DNA of 46,894 nt from an uncultured Planctomycetales bacterium (GCA_964478715.1 CAYZIY010000013.1:1-46894), one strand, 5' to 3'; numbered from the stretch's first letter, positions 1-10,319 are shown. Numbers and translations are program-made. Notes: generated by a model not told the origin, from the sequence alone.

Positions 1-61
1 GTCCTAGAAATATAAACATTAACTTAGGAATTGACAAGGTATTCCATACCAGGAGAGTGCT

Positions 62-442
62 ATGTGCACAGATTATAAAAACAATATACGAAAAGAGAGA
101 AGAAGATTCGCCCGATTGAATGTTAATGTGAATGTCGATTATGAAGTCCTGCCCCGTCATAAACAGCAAAAACATGTCTCATCGAAAAATATCAGCACCG
201 GAGGAATCTGCGTCATCTTGAAAGAGCCTCTTGAACCCGAAACCATCATCGGTCTTGATATTGGCCTGCCCGAAGAGGCCGGTAAGGTCACCGCAACTGG
301 CCGGATTGTCTGGATTCAGGAATTTTCTATCGGTGAGGAGGCTCATAAGCGCTACGAAGCGGGTGTCGAATTTACTGATATCTCTGATGAAGACCGCCAG
401 AAAGTCGAGCAATGCGTTTTTAGCCTCCACCGGATTTCATGA
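62..442 (+). CDS. Stand-alone PilZ domain (c-di-GMP receptor) protein
   Basis: RRRFAR (RxxxR) and NISTGG (D/NxSxxG) motifs; SD AGGAG at 51-55. Confidence 0.9.
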   Translation: MCTDYKNNIRKERRRFARLNVNVNVDYEVLPRHKQQKHVSSKNISTGGICVILKEPLEPETIIGLDIGLPEEAGKVTATGRIVWIQEFSIGEEAHKRYEAGVEFTDISDEDRQKVEQCVFSLHRIS

Positions 443-2301
443 ATCTTTTTTTAAGCGCAAAAAATCCAAGAAATCCCACCTGCAAGCAATGGATTGTCTT
501 TTGCTGCCTAACTTTCATCAGTATTGCCATTTGGTTTCATTACAGTTATCCCCAATTCGCTTTTGTTGATTTAAGCATTTCTGAAAAGCGGGCCACATCG
601 GCTGCGCGCTCTTTTCTCAAGGAAAACTATGATGTCAATCCCTCAAATTTTCTTTCCGCGGCTGTATTAGAAAGTGACGTGTCTACGGACAGATTTCTTC
701 AAAGAGCTCTTGGTTTTAAGAAAGAGCAAGCATTCTTAAAACAACATCAATACGACTTATTTTACTGGAAAATAAGATTCTTCAAAGAGCTGGAAAAAGA
801 AGAATATTTACTATCGATAAGTGCATCGAACGGAGACATTATTGAGTTCCGTCATATTATTCCTGAAACGCAAGCCCGCCGTGAAACCTCGCAAGAACAG
901 GCCCTGCAAACTGCCAGAAATTTCCTAAAAGATCACTTTGATTTCACGGAAGATCAATACATCCTTTACGATGAATCCAAAAATAAAAAGGACAACCGCA
1001 CTGACTACAGTTTCAGCTGGAAAAAGAAAGATATTTATATCCCCTGGAGCGAGAAAGAAGACAGCGGGGGAGGGCAATTGTTTATCACTATGACTATCAG
1101 CGGAAACGAAATCCTAAGATTTAATAGGGCCTTATTTGAGGTGCCAGAGAAATTCGAGCGCATGCTCTCTAAAAAACAGGATATCGGCTCCAGCTTCTTC
1201 ACACTCTTTAATATTTTCTATTATATCATGCTTGTCGCGGGTGTTTTCCTCGTGATATCCCGGCGCCACCATCTCTCCATGCAGGTCATCAAGAAATTCA
1301 TTATTATCTTGACCCTAGCCTTGATCTTATTAAGCATTCTGGGATATTTCAATAGCGCCAAAGGAATTTTATTCCATTATTCAACGACATCAAACCTTAC
1401 AAACTATCTGTGGCGCTTAACCGTAGGAGTGATCCTAACGATTTTCGTAGTGACAGTCGCCATCCTTATGCCCGGTCTTGCCGGAGAATCACTCTATGAT
1501 CAATATGGCAGAGATATGCCCGGACGCTCGTTTTTGCATTATGCCCGCTCCAGTTTCCTAACCCGCCATGTCTTTCGAATGATCTGTCTGGGTTATTTAA
1601 TTGCCCTGATTATGCTTGGAATTCAAAGCCTTGTATTTCAGCTTGGTTATCAATATCTGGGAGTATGGACAGAGCGTATCCAGCTAGCCAATTTATCGAC
1701 AAAATATTTTCCTTTTTTAGCTGTTTTTGCAATCAGCTTCCGGGCTGCTTTTATTGAAGAAATTGTTTTCCGCGTCTTTGCGATCAGCTGGTTTCGAAAA
1801 TTGACGAAAAGTCTTATTCTTGCTATCATTGTTTCTTCGGTATTCTGGGGATTTGGCCACACAACATATCCTATTTTTCCCATGTGGTTTAGGGGCATTG
1901 AAGTCTCCTTGCTGGGTTTATTTTTGGCTTATGTCTTTCTTCATTTCGGTATTATCGCCGTCGTTGCGGCCCATTATGTGTTTGATGTTATTTGGAGTGG
2001 CGCCAATTATTTATTTGGCCAAAGCCAAACGTTTGACACCGTCTCAACACTCATTGTTCTTTGCCTTCCGATGGTTTTCGGCTTGTTTGCTTTTCTGCTC
2101 AATCAAAAAGACCAAGAGCAGCCTGTCAAATGGAAGCTTTCAAAACATCAGCTTTTTAACCTGAAAGTATTACAGTTCTATCTAAAGAATCATGATGACT
2201 GGAAAGGAAAGACAGAGACTCATCTGAAAGACGAATTGGTATCTCATGGCTGGGATCTAGCGATCGTTGAGCAAGCCCTGAGCGAAATAAACGATAAATA
2301 A
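439..2301 (+). CDS. CPBP/CAAX-family intramembrane glutamic protease with a large N-terminal extracytoplasmic domain
   Basis: EEIVFR, FWGFGH and AAHYVFD motifs within many TM segments; ATGA overlap with the PilZ gene. Confidence 0.8.
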   Translation: MNLFLSAKNPRNPTCKQWIVFCCLTFISIAIWFHYSYPQFAFVDLSISEKRATSAARSFLKENYDVNPSNFLSAAVLESDVSTDRFLQRALGFKKEQAFLKQHQYDLFYWKIRFFKELEKEEYLLSISASNGDIIEFRHIIPETQARRETSQEQALQTARNFLKDHFDFTEDQYILYDESKNKKDNRTDYSFSWKKKDIYIPWSEKEDSGGGQLFITMTISGNEILRFNRALFEVPEKFERMLSKKQDIGSSFFTLFNIFYYIMLVAGVFLVISRRHHLSMQVIKKFIIILTLALILLSILGYFNSAKGILFHYSTTSNLTNYLWRLTVGVILTIFVVTVAILMPGLAGESLYDQYGRDMPGRSFLHYARSSFLTRHVFRMICLGYLIALIMLGIQSLVFQLGYQYLGVWTERIQLANLSTKYFPFLAVFAISFRAAFIEEIVFRVFAISWFRKLTKSLILAIIVSSVFWGFGHTTYPIFPMWFRGIEVSLLGLFLAYVFLHFGIIAVVAAHYVFDVIWSGANYLFGQSQTFDTVSTLIVLCLPMVFGLFAFLLNQKDQEQPVKWKLSKHQLFNLKVLQFYLKNHDDWKGKTETHLKDELVSHGWDLAIVEQALSEINDK

Positions 2302-2317
2302 AGCTCCGAGATTCAAT

Positions 2318-3184
2318 ATGCTATTAAATCCATTTCAACTGCACCAACCCCAAACAATAGAAAAGGCGCTCGATATCCTTCAAAATCACAAGGATCTGCG
2401 GATCTGCGCAGGAGGCACTTTTGTCATAAAAAACTTAAAAACCCAAAAAGAAAAAGGCTTAAAAACGCCTGCCCATATTCTCAGCCTTCAACATATACCC
2501 TTGTTACGTGAAATTAATTATAAACCAAATAAACTGACGATAGGCTCCATGGTCGCTTTGCAAGAACTGATCAATAGCATGGAGATTAACAAAAATGCGC
2601 CTTTATTGGCAAGAGCTTGCCGACAAATAGCGACTCAACCTATTAGAAACATGGCGACCATCGGAGGAAATCTAACGGGCCGCTATACCTGGAGCGAGCT
2701 TCCCAGCGTTTGCATAGCTCTTGAGGCTACCTACTATTTGGCAGGAAGAAATTCAAAGAAGATTCGGATTCCGGCAGAAGAATTCTCAAATCGGCAAGGC
2801 CAGGCAGATGGTATTCTTGAAACAATTGAATTAATCCCAAATCGTTTTAACCGCTTTTCTTATCATCGCGTCAGCCGACGATCACCGGTGGATCTTCCGC
2901 TTTTCTCTATCGCTGGCACTGCTGTAGTGGAAAATCAAACATTTAAAGAAATTCGGCTGGTTATCAATAACGGTCTTCAATTTGCCCAAAGAGATCGACA
3001 GCTGGAGACTTTCCTTAGGGATAAGCCCGCAAAAGAAGAAATTCTCGATCAGGCTCTGGGTCATCAAGATCAATCTTTATATCAGGCAGATACCCTTTCT
3101 AAAAAAAACGCATTTAAAGTCGGATTGAAAAAAGTTCTCCGGGATATTATTATCGACAAAAATAATGACGTACAATATCAATAA
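2318..3184 (+). CDS. Xanthine/CO dehydrogenase-family FAD-binding (medium) subunit
   Basis: AGGT and IRNMATIGGNL FAD motifs; directly upstream of the small and large subunits. Confidence 0.88.
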   Translation: MLLNPFQLHQPQTIEKALDILQNHKDLRICAGGTFVIKNLKTQKEKGLKTPAHILSLQHIPLLREINYKPNKLTIGSMVALQELINSMEINKNAPLLARACRQIATQPIRNMATIGGNLTGRYTWSELPSVCIALEATYYLAGRNSKKIRIPAEEFSNRQGQADGILETIELIPNRFNRFSYHRVSRRSPVDLPLFSIAGTAVVENQTFKEIRLVINNGLQFAQRDRQLETFLRDKPAKEEILDQALGHQDQSLYQADTLSKKNAFKVGLKKVLRDIIIDKNNDVQYQ

Positions 3185-3623
3185 TAAAGAATACACATTA
3201 GACATCTCTGATCACGAAACACTGCTTGAGGTTTTAAGAGACCACCTTGGTCTAACAGGCACCAAAGCCGGATGCCAGGAGGGGGAATGTGGAGCCTGCA
3301 CGGTTATTGTCGAGGGGAAATCAATTCTCTCCTGCCTGACGCTTGCAAAAGAAGTTGAAGGGAAAACAATTACCACCATTGAAGGTCTCGCTCAAGGGGA
3401 AAAGCTTCATCCGATTCAGGAGGCATTTTTAAATAAAGGAGCTGTCCAATGCGGATTTTGCTCACCCGGTATGATCATGGCCACGAAATCATTGCTGGAT
3501 CAAAATCCCAATCCAAGCCGAGAAGAGATCGAACGGGCCCTGGATGGAAATTTGTGCCGCTGTACAGGCTATCTTAAAATCATGGAAGCGGTTGAAGAAG
3601 CGGCCGATCAATTGAAATCATGA
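3165..3623 (+). CDS. Xanthine/CO dehydrogenase-family [2Fe-2S] (small) subunit
   Basis: GCQEGECGAC...C and QCGFC...CRC cluster motifs. Confidence 0.95.
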   Translation: MTYNINNKEYTLDISDHETLLEVLRDHLGLTGTKAGCQEGECGACTVIVEGKSILSCLTLAKEVEGKTITTIEGLAQGEKLHPIQEAFLNKGAVQCGFCSPGMIMATKSLLDQNPNPSREEIERALDGNLCRCTGYLKIMEAVEEAADQLKS

Positions 3624-5923
3624 CTCAAAAAAAGAAATTAATCAATCCGGTCGGAAAACCCGTTCCCCGTATCGACGGGCGAGGGTTAGTTACCGGAGAA
3701 GCAAAATATACCTTTGACCTGAAGGTTCCGGGAATGCTTATCGGAAAGATGATTCGCTCTCCTCATGCTCATGCCCGGATCATTCGCATAGATACATCGA
3801 AAGCCGAAAAAATTCCTGGGGTCAAAGCGATTATCACGGCTCGAGATACTTATGAGATCAAGTTTGGCTCCAATGAGTATTTCTTCCCTCAAACCGTCGA
3901 TCAGATGGCTCTGGAAGCGGAAAAAGTTCGCTATATAGGTGATGAAATCGGCGCGGTGGCCGCCATTGACGAAGAAACAGCCCAAAAGGCCATTGCCTTA
4001 ATTGATATCCAGTATGAAAAACTGCCCGCTGTTTTTGATCCAGACGAGGCCATGAAACCAACGGCCCCTCAAATTCACAAGGCCCGCAATAATATCAGTG
4101 TTATGCTGCCGGCCAACTTCGGCAATGTCCAGCGCGCTTTAAGGGAATCCGATTATGTCCGCGAAGATGTTTTTACCCTTCAGTCGGCAGCTCATTGCTG
4201 TATGGAACCGCATGTCAGCGTTGGGCAGTTTGAAACCTTTTCAGAGAAAATCACGCTCTGGACATCAACCCAGGCTCCTTTTAAGGTGCGCGAGGCCATG
4301 GCCAAGTGCCTTAAGATGGAACTCAATGATATTCGTGTCATTAAATTGGCCGTGGGCGGCGGTTTTGGCGGAAAACTTGAAATGCTTCCCATGGATTTTG
4401 CGGCTGTTTTGCTATCAAAAAAATGCGGTGGTTTTCCGGTCAAAATATCATTAAATCGCAGCGAAGAGTTTAATTTCACCCGCCGGAAACACCCCATGAA
4501 ATACAAACTAAAAAGCGGGGTCAAAAAAGACGGAACACTAATGGCCATTTCCGGTGAAATCATCGCTGACGGCGGGGCCTATTGCAGTTACGGACCTACC
4601 GTCATGGCCGCGGCTATGATGCGGACTTTTATGGTTTACAAGATCAAGAATTTTCGTATTACCGGATACCGTGTCTATACCAACAATCCTATAAGCGGAG
4701 CAATCCGCGGCTTTGGGGGCGTCCAATCCGGATTTGCTATTGAATCTCATATGGACTTACTGGCCCGTGGTATTGGCATGGATCCGCTTGAATTTCGCCT
4801 AAAAAATATCACCGAACCGAATATGGTGACCGCCAATAAGATGATCATCTCAAGTAACGGCCTGAAAGAATGTATTGAACAAGCCGCAAAAAAGGCTCAA
4901 TGGAAGAAAAAATACAATCAGCAGAATAAGATCGCCCGCGGTATCGGCATTGGCATCGCGGCGGATGTGATGGGATCCAAAATGTATAAGTCGCATGAAT
5001 CGGCCGGTTCCATCGTGAAAGTGGAGGAGGATGGTTCGGTCTATTTATTTACCGGTGCGGCCGATACCGGGCAAGGATCAAATACCGCTTTGTCTCAAAT
5101 CGCCGCTCACGAGCTGGGAGTCAGTTTTGAGCGCATTCGCTGCAAGGCCGCCGACACTGAAATCACGCCTTTTGATACCGGAAGTTTTGCCTCGCGCGTT
5201 ACCTTTATTTCCGGAAACGCAACAAAACTGGCCGCCCGGGATGCCAAAAATCAAATTCTGGATATCATCGCGCAAGAAAAAAAATGCGCGCGTGAAGATC
5301 TTGATATTATCGCCGAAGAAGTTATTCAGCGAAGCGATCAAAAGCCTCTCATGAATTTTGATGAGGCCCTTGAGATATGTTATTCATTTAATTATGGAAG
5401 GCAGATTATCGGCCGCGGATCTTATAATCCAAAAACAACACCCGTTGACTTTCGTACCGGCGAGGGAAATGTCTCGGCCAGTTACAGCTATGAGGCGCAA
5501 ATCGCCGAAGTGGAAGTCAACAAAGAAACAGGGGAGGTAAAGGTCCTTAAAATGTGGGATGCCCATGATGTCGGCAAGGCTATTAATCCCCAGAGTGTCG
5601 AGGGTCAGATTGAAGGATCCATCGTCATGGGAATCGGTTACACTTTTTACGAGGATTTACAATTTAAAAACGGACGTCTGTTGAATCCAAATTTCTCTCA
5701 TTATCGGATTCCCCGAAGCGTTTCAACTCCCCCCATCGAAACAATCATTATTGAAACCCAAGACGAGCAGGGTCCGTTTGGAGCCAAAGGCATGGGAGAG
5801 GCCTCGCTTTTGCCGACTTCCGCTGCCATTGCCAATGCGATTGAAGATGCTGTCGGTGTTCGGATCAAAGATCTACCGATCACGCCGGAGAAAATATTGA
5901 AAGCTCTTAATGAAAAACAATAG
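3620..5923 (+). CDS. Xanthine-dehydrogenase-family molybdopterin-binding (large) subunit, substrate unknown
   Basis: RSPHAHA, GGGFGGK, GAIRGFG, GQG, VEGQIEG and GAKGMGE motifs. Confidence 0.93.
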   Translation: MTQKKKLINPVGKPVPRIDGRGLVTGEAKYTFDLKVPGMLIGKMIRSPHAHARIIRIDTSKAEKIPGVKAIITARDTYEIKFGSNEYFFPQTVDQMALEAEKVRYIGDEIGAVAAIDEETAQKAIALIDIQYEKLPAVFDPDEAMKPTAPQIHKARNNISVMLPANFGNVQRALRESDYVREDVFTLQSAAHCCMEPHVSVGQFETFSEKITLWTSTQAPFKVREAMAKCLKMELNDIRVIKLAVGGGFGGKLEMLPMDFAAVLLSKKCGGFPVKISLNRSEEFNFTRRKHPMKYKLKSGVKKDGTLMAISGEIIADGGAYCSYGPTVMAAAMMRTFMVYKIKNFRITGYRVYTNNPISGAIRGFGGVQSGFAIESHMDLLARGIGMDPLEFRLKNITEPNMVTANKMIISSNGLKECIEQAAKKAQWKKKYNQQNKIARGIGIGIAADVMGSKMYKSHESAGSIVKVEEDGSVYLFTGAADTGQGSNTALSQIAAHELGVSFERIRCKAADTEITPFDTGSFASRVTFISGNATKLAARDAKNQILDIIAQEKKCAREDLDIIAEEVIQRSDQKPLMNFDEALEICYSFNYGRQIIGRGSYNPKTTPVDFRTGEGNVSASYSYEAQIAEVEVNKETGEVKVLKMWDAHDVGKAINPQSVEGQIEGSIVMGIGYTFYEDLQFKNGRLLNPNFSHYRIPRSVSTPPIETIIIETQDEQGPFGAKGMGEASLLPTSAAIANAIEDAVGVRIKDLPITPEKILKALNEKQ

Positions 5924-5936
5924 AAGGGAGGGTGTA

Positions 5937-6308
5937 ATGAAGAAAATGATACCTATTTTGATCTTGTGTTTACTAACATTGTCGGCCTGCAGTCTCTACA
6001 GTATTCAATCGGATATTACTAGTGCCAAGTATTATCCCCCAAAAGAAGCCGATCAAGTCAATTATGTTGAAAATGCTCAGAAATCTCATGAGGTCATCGG
6101 CATCGTAATTGTAAACGCGGAGAGAAATCAAAAGATGGACAGGGTTTTGCAAAAACTAAAATATGAAGCCGGGATTCTCGGCGGAGATGCCGTCACAAAT
6201 ATCCAAACAAATGACGGACAGGGGCGCTGGGCACGCATTAAGCCGAAGATTTTTGAAAATTCGAATGTACGCGCTAACTTCATGGCAGATGTCATTGTTT
6301 ATCAGTAA
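5937..6308 (+). CDS. Small lipoprotein, possibly YbjQ-like fold
   Basis: Start moved to ATG 5937 after SD GGAGG; lipobox LSAC; LKYEAGILGGDAV segment. Confidence 0.65.
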   Translation: MKKMIPILILCLLTLSACSLYSIQSDITSAKYYPPKEADQVNYVENAQKSHEVIGIVIVNAERNQKMDRVLQKLKYEAGILGGDAVTNIQTNDGQGRWARIKPKIFENSNVRANFMADVIVYQ

Positions 6309-6897
6309 AATTTTTTGTCAGGGCCTGAAATTCTTGCCGGGTATTAAATGTACCAACAATACCAGGGTCTTGAATTTCATAGGTTTGAATGCGATCCTGA
6401 TTCGCCCTGATGAATTCATTGATCCCTTTTGAAGTGTCCATTCTTAGCAAGCCAGGAAAAGCATCGCGATGGAAAAGAGGTGGATGACCTCTGTGACCTT
6501 GAAAAGCGGGAACAAGAATAAAGGATCGCCTTTTTACAAATTCACGGATCATTGATTCTAAGGTGGCAGCCTTAATAAGAGGATAATCGATAGGAAGCAA
6601 CATAGCGCCAAAAGAATCAGGAGCGATTGCTTCGAGTCCTGCTTGGAAAGATGATGTTTGGCCAAGTCGGTAATTTTTATTGGTTATCAGTTTTATTTTT
6701 GGCTTATTGAAAAATATTGAATCTTTTATTTGCCGGGCTTGGTGGCCCAGCACGAGGATGATATCTTTAATGTTGTCAATCGGATGTAATTTTTTTAGTG
6801 TCCTCTCAATAATTGTCTCGTCGTTTAATCGGGCAAGGGCTTTGGGCGAACCAAAGCGTCTGCTTTCTCCGGCGGATAGAATAATACAGGAAATCAT
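6292..6897 (-). CDS. mocA: Molybdenum cofactor cytidylyltransferase (MocA/MobA-like NTP transferase)
   Basis: ILSAGESRRFGSPKAL, GQTSS, D-Y-P and GHPPLF motifs; next to an XDH-family operon; start set at ATG 6897 because the annotated TTG start lies in the -35 box. Confidence 0.82.
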   Translation of the reverse strand: MISCIILSAGESRRFGSPKALARLNDETIIERTLKKLHPIDNIKDIILVLGHQARQIKDSIFFNKPKIKLITNKNYRLGQTSSFQAGLEAIAPDSFGAMLLPIDYPLIKAATLESMIREFVKRRSFILVPAFQGHRGHPPLFHRDAFPGLLRMDTSKGINEFIRANQDRIQTYEIQDPGIVGTFNTRQEFQALTKNFTDKQ

Positions 6898-6904
6898 AGC
6901 CGTC

Positions 6905-6933
6905 ATTATAAAGAGTGTCTTAGAAACTGTCAA
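6905..6933 (-). promoter_or_regulatory. Consensus sigma70 promoter for mocA (probably leaderless transcript)
   Basis: Minus strand TTGACA(6933-6928)-N17-TATAAT(6910-6905), 7 nt before ATG 6897. Confidence 0.8.
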
Positions 6934-6954
6934 TAAAAGGCAAGTGGTTTTGTT

Positions 6955-8130
6955 GTGATCATTTATTTATCTATTCTCGCGGGAGGACTACTTTTTGTCA
7001 TCGTACTCTTTTTCACGGGAGATAAAAAACCAGAGCAAGAGCAAGGTGTCTCCAAGACGACGGATGAAGAAATCCCCAAACTGTTGGATCGCTTGGAGAA
7101 AAATATCCAGCAAGGTCCCGCAGTGAGCCCAATATCAATTTTAGAGAATCAAAAGCAGGCTCAAGCTCCAGATCCCTGCCCGGAAAAATTACCCAAAACA
7201 TCTCCTTTTCAAGAAAAAGAACTCTCGCCTGATTTAAAGGAAATCTCTCAGGAAGAAGCTTTGCGTGAGCTAGGAGAGAAATACGAACAACTCAAAAAAG
7301 AGCACGACAGAACTTGCGAAGAACTTAAAAGAACGGAAAAATCCCTTAATAATGAACTGAGGATCAAAAAAGAATTTAATAAAACCAAAGACGGTCTTGA
7401 AAAACAACTTAAAGACGCCAAAGAAGAAATCCATAGGGCCGGGCTGGAAGCTTCTGCCGCCCAGGCAGAAGCAAACAATTATAAAAAGAGAATCGAGCAG
7501 CTGGAACAAAAGGTAACTCAGAAAGAAAAAGAAATCCTTGAGAAAGAAAAAGAGATTGATGAAAACGAAAAAAAGATTAAGGAAATCGTTTCGGCCAAAG
7601 AAGCTAAAGAAAGCCCTTCGCCGGAAGAAGCTAAGCCGCAAGAGGAAGTCAAGCCGCAACAAGAAGATAAGCCAAAAGAGAGCTCCCCTCAAGAAAAACC
7701 ATCCTCCGATCAAGACAAGAAAATAGAAGCAGAGAAAAAGGAGTCTTCCAAAGATCCCAAACCGCAAACAGCGGAAAAAGCACATGAAGAGCAAAAACCA
7801 CAACCGCCTGAGCCAAAACCTGCTGACTCACCCGCTAAGCCAGAAAAAAAACCCGGGAAGCCTCCGGAGCAAAAACCTCAAGAAGCTCCGCAAGAATCAG
7901 CGGCTCAATCAAAGACCGAAGAAAAATTTCAAGGATCAGCGAAACCGCTTCAACAGCCAGAAACGCAACAAGAACACCCTCAAGAAGAAAGACCGAAAGA
8001 AGAATCCCAAGATGAATCAAATAAGGAAGAAAAAAATCAAGAACAATCAACGAACACTCAATCCAAAACTCCAGAGAAGAAATCAACATGGGAACTTAAA
8101 GTCATTCGACAGCCACCAAGAGAGAATTAA
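6955..8130 (+). CDS. Membrane-anchored coiled-coil protein with a long E/K/P/Q low-complexity tail
   Basis: N-terminal TM helix, heptad-rich middle, disordered C-terminal half. Confidence 0.75.
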   Translation: MIIYLSILAGGLLFVIVLFFTGDKKPEQEQGVSKTTDEEIPKLLDRLEKNIQQGPAVSPISILENQKQAQAPDPCPEKLPKTSPFQEKELSPDLKEISQEEALRELGEKYEQLKKEHDRTCEELKRTEKSLNNELRIKKEFNKTKDGLEKQLKDAKEEIHRAGLEASAAQAEANNYKKRIEQLEQKVTQKEKEILEKEKEIDENEKKIKEIVSAKEAKESPSPEEAKPQEEVKPQQEDKPKESSPQEKPSSDQDKKIEAEKKESSKDPKPQTAEKAHEEQKPQPPEPKPADSPAKPEKKPGKPPEQKPQEAPQESAAQSKTEEKFQGSAKPLQQPETQQEHPQEERPKEESQDESNKEEKNQEQSTNTQSKTPEKKSTWELKVIRQPPREN

Positions 8131-8155
8131 TTAATAATTAATAGGAGGATGGAAA

Positions 8156-8782
8156 ATGGTGAAACAATTATCTGTCAGCTTACTAGCACTCATCTTGGGA
8201 ACAAGTTTAGCCTCCTGCTCACAAGCGCAAGAAGATCGGGGGGAGAGTAAAGTATTAGATATCCTTTCGGATGTCGAGAATGTCTCCGAAACAGCCTCTA
8301 TTTCTGAAAGACCAAACGTGATTCTTGAAACAAACCAAGGAACTATTGAGATTGAGCTCTGGCCGGATGTCGCCCCGAAAACATGCGAGAATATGATTGG
8401 ACTGGTCAAAAAAAACTATTACGATGGCATCATTTTTCACCGGGTTATTAAAGATTTCATGATCCAGGGCGGCGATCCAACCGGAACCGGTCGCGGCGGT
8501 CAAAGTCTCTGGGGTGGGAAATTTGAAGATGAAGTTAAGCGCGATGTGAAATTTGACCGTAAAGGCCTCCTGGCCATGGCCAATGCAGGCCCCAATACAA
8601 ACGGCAGTCAATTTTTTATTACGGTTTCGCCCACTCCATGGCTTAATATGCGTCATACGATATTTGGAGAAGTTGTGCGCGGTTATGATGTGGTCGAAAA
8701 AATAGAAAATACGCCTACGGATAACCAGAATAGACCAATTAATCAACAAAAAATCATTAAAGCCAGCATCAGATATGAATGA
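8156..8782 (+). CDS. Cyclophilin-type peptidyl-prolyl isomerase, likely a lipoprotein
   Basis: [31 protein letters not shown] and HTIFG motifs; lipobox LASC; SD AGGAGG. Confidence 0.95.
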   Translation: MVKQLSVSLLALILGTSLASCSQAQEDRGESKVLDILSDVENVSETASISERPNVILETNQGTIEIELWPDVAPKTCENMIGLVKKNYYDGIIFHRVIKDFMIQGGDPTGTGRGGQSLWGGKFEDEVKRDVKFDRKGLLAMANAGPNTNGSQFFITVSPTPWLNMRHTIFGEVVRGYDVVEKIENTPTDNQNRPINQQKIIKASIRYE

Positions 8783-9572
8783 ATTGATTGAGAAAGCCGT
8801 TAAGGCTGTCAAAAATGGCCAAAAATGTGCCTTTGTTACTATTATTGAAGCATCCGGAAAGGGAACACCTCGCAAAGCCGGGGCTAAAATGGTGGTACTG
8901 GAGGATGGCTCCCTTTTCGGTTCAATCGGAGGGGGAGGGTATGAAAAAGAGGCCCAAAAAGAAGCCTTGAGGGCCATCAGAAGGAACAAAACGAAACTCT
9001 TAACCTATGATTATACCTCTCAAAAGGGATATGCCTGCGGTGGTCAAATAAAGGTTTTTGTTGAGCCTTTTCTGCCAAGCCGAAGACTTATTTGCTGCGG
9101 AGCCGGCCATATTGCTTTACCGCTTTCCGTAATGGCTAAGATGGCCGGTTTTAAAGTCACGATTTTAGACAACCGTCAAGATCTAGCGAATAACAAGAGA
9201 TTTCCGCATGTAGATCATATTGTTTGCGGCCCCTTTGCCGGCAAATTATCAAGAATGGATACGACCAGCAACACAGCTGTCATGGTAGCCACTTACGGAC
9301 ATGAGCATGATTTGGAATGCCTGAAAATCGCAGCTCGCTCAAGTGCCGGCTATGTTGGAGTGATGGCAAGCCTTCAAAAACGCAAGGTTTTCTTCAAGGC
9401 CCTTAGGGCACTCAAAGTACCCCAGAGCACTTTAAAGAAAATATCAATGCCCGCGGGACTGGATATCGGAGCTCAAACACCCCAGGAAATTGCCGTTTCT
9501 ATTATGGCGGAAATTATCTCTCGTAATAATCATGAATTTAAGGGATCGGCCAAATTCACATCCAAGAACTAA
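8775..9572 (+). CDS. xdhC: XdhC/CoxI-family molybdoenzyme maturation factor
   Basis: [25 protein letters not shown] and [18 protein letters not shown] motifs. Confidence 0.92.
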   Translation: MNELIEKAVKAVKNGQKCAFVTIIEASGKGTPRKAGAKMVVLEDGSLFGSIGGGGYEKEAQKEALRAIRRNKTKLLTYDYTSQKGYACGGQIKVFVEPFLPSRRLICCGAGHIALPLSVMAKMAGFKVTILDNRQDLANNKRFPHVDHIVCGPFAGKLSRMDTTSNTAVMVATYGHEHDLECLKIAARSSAGYVGVMASLQKRKVFFKALRALKVPQSTLKKISMPAGLDIGAQTPQEIAVSIMAEIISRNNHEFKGSAKFTSKN

Positions 9573-9598
9573 TAATCATTTAATGGAAAGGGGTATTT

Positions 9599-10006
9599 AT
9601 GGATAAACAAGAAGTGCTGGATCTCATCCAAGATTCTGGTTATGGATTTCTGGCTACCACGGAAGAAAATCAACCCAGAGTAAGACCCGTAGCGCCATAT
9701 GTCAGTGAAGATGGTCGAGTCCTGATGGCGATTATGTCTCATTCCAGAAGCCTCAAGCAAATCGAAGCAAACCCCAGGGTTGAATTATGTTTTGTAGATC
9801 GGAAAATGGATTTTTGCCGGATCACAGGTGAAGCGAAAATAAACAATGATCCTCAGGTGAGACAATTAATTTGGGATAATCAACCTCAGCTTAAGCAATA
9901 TGCCGGTGGACCGGATGATCAGATTTTTCAGACCCTAGAAGTTTCAACAACCCATATCGAGGCCATGACCCCCAATGACCGCCAGCCCCAGATAATCAAA
10001 TTTTGA
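9599..10006 (+). CDS. Pyridoxamine 5'-phosphate oxidase-like FMN-binding split-barrel protein
   Basis: FLATTEENQPRVRP and QIEANPRVELCF motifs. Confidence 0.85.
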   Translation: MDKQEVLDLIQDSGYGFLATTEENQPRVRPVAPYVSEDGRVLMAIMSHSRSLKQIEANPRVELCFVDRKMDFCRITGEAKINNDPQVRQLIWDNQPQLKQYAGGPDDQIFQTLEVSTTHIEAMTPNDRQPQIIKF

Positions 10007-10027
10007 CCAAAATCCAGCCCTAAATAG

Positions 10028-10067
10028 AAACCCGGAATAGGTGCTACTTAATCTATTCCGGGTTTTT
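10028..10067 (+). terminator. Rho-independent terminator
   Basis: Stem AAACCCGGAATAG/CTATTCCGGGTTT followed by TT, 22 nt after the stop at 10006. Confidence 0.8.
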
Positions 10068-10245
10068 ACTCATTAGACATAGATAGAGAGAGGATGATGC
10101 TTAAAAACAGCATATTCTGCCATCAATTTTGACTAATGACTAAGAGATTATACTTACCCACATTTTAGAATAATATTTATCAATAAACCGCATTATCCTT
10201 AGAGTTTTGATTAATCAATTATAAACTAAGTAAGTTTTCGCTCCT

Positions 10246-10254
10246 TTATCCACA
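10246..10254 (+). promoter_or_regulatory. DnaA-box-like sequence
   Basis: Perfect TTATCCACA; a 1-mismatch copy TTACCCACA at 10154-10162. Confidence 0.4.
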
Positions 10255-10319
10255 GCTTATTTAAGTATGTCCTAAATACCTGTATAAATGGGGTTTGGAC
10301 CAATATTCTCAATATAACT

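Noticed and set aside
31-60. TTGACA promoter for the PilZ gene
   Set aside because: No -10 hexamer at 16-18 nt spacing.
3620-5923. Aerobic CO dehydrogenase CoxL
   Set aside because: Lacks the AYxCSFR (form I) active-site loop and does not match AYxGAGR (form II).
1067-8939. GGGGAGGG octamers (near 1067 and 8932) as KOPS pointing to dif
   Set aside because: Only two noticed, both within poly-Gly codons; no statistical support from this window.
8255-8989. 244-aa minus-strand ORF and the other short overlapping ORFs in the track
   Set aside because: Antisense or alternate-frame shadows of well-supported genes, with no motifs of their own.
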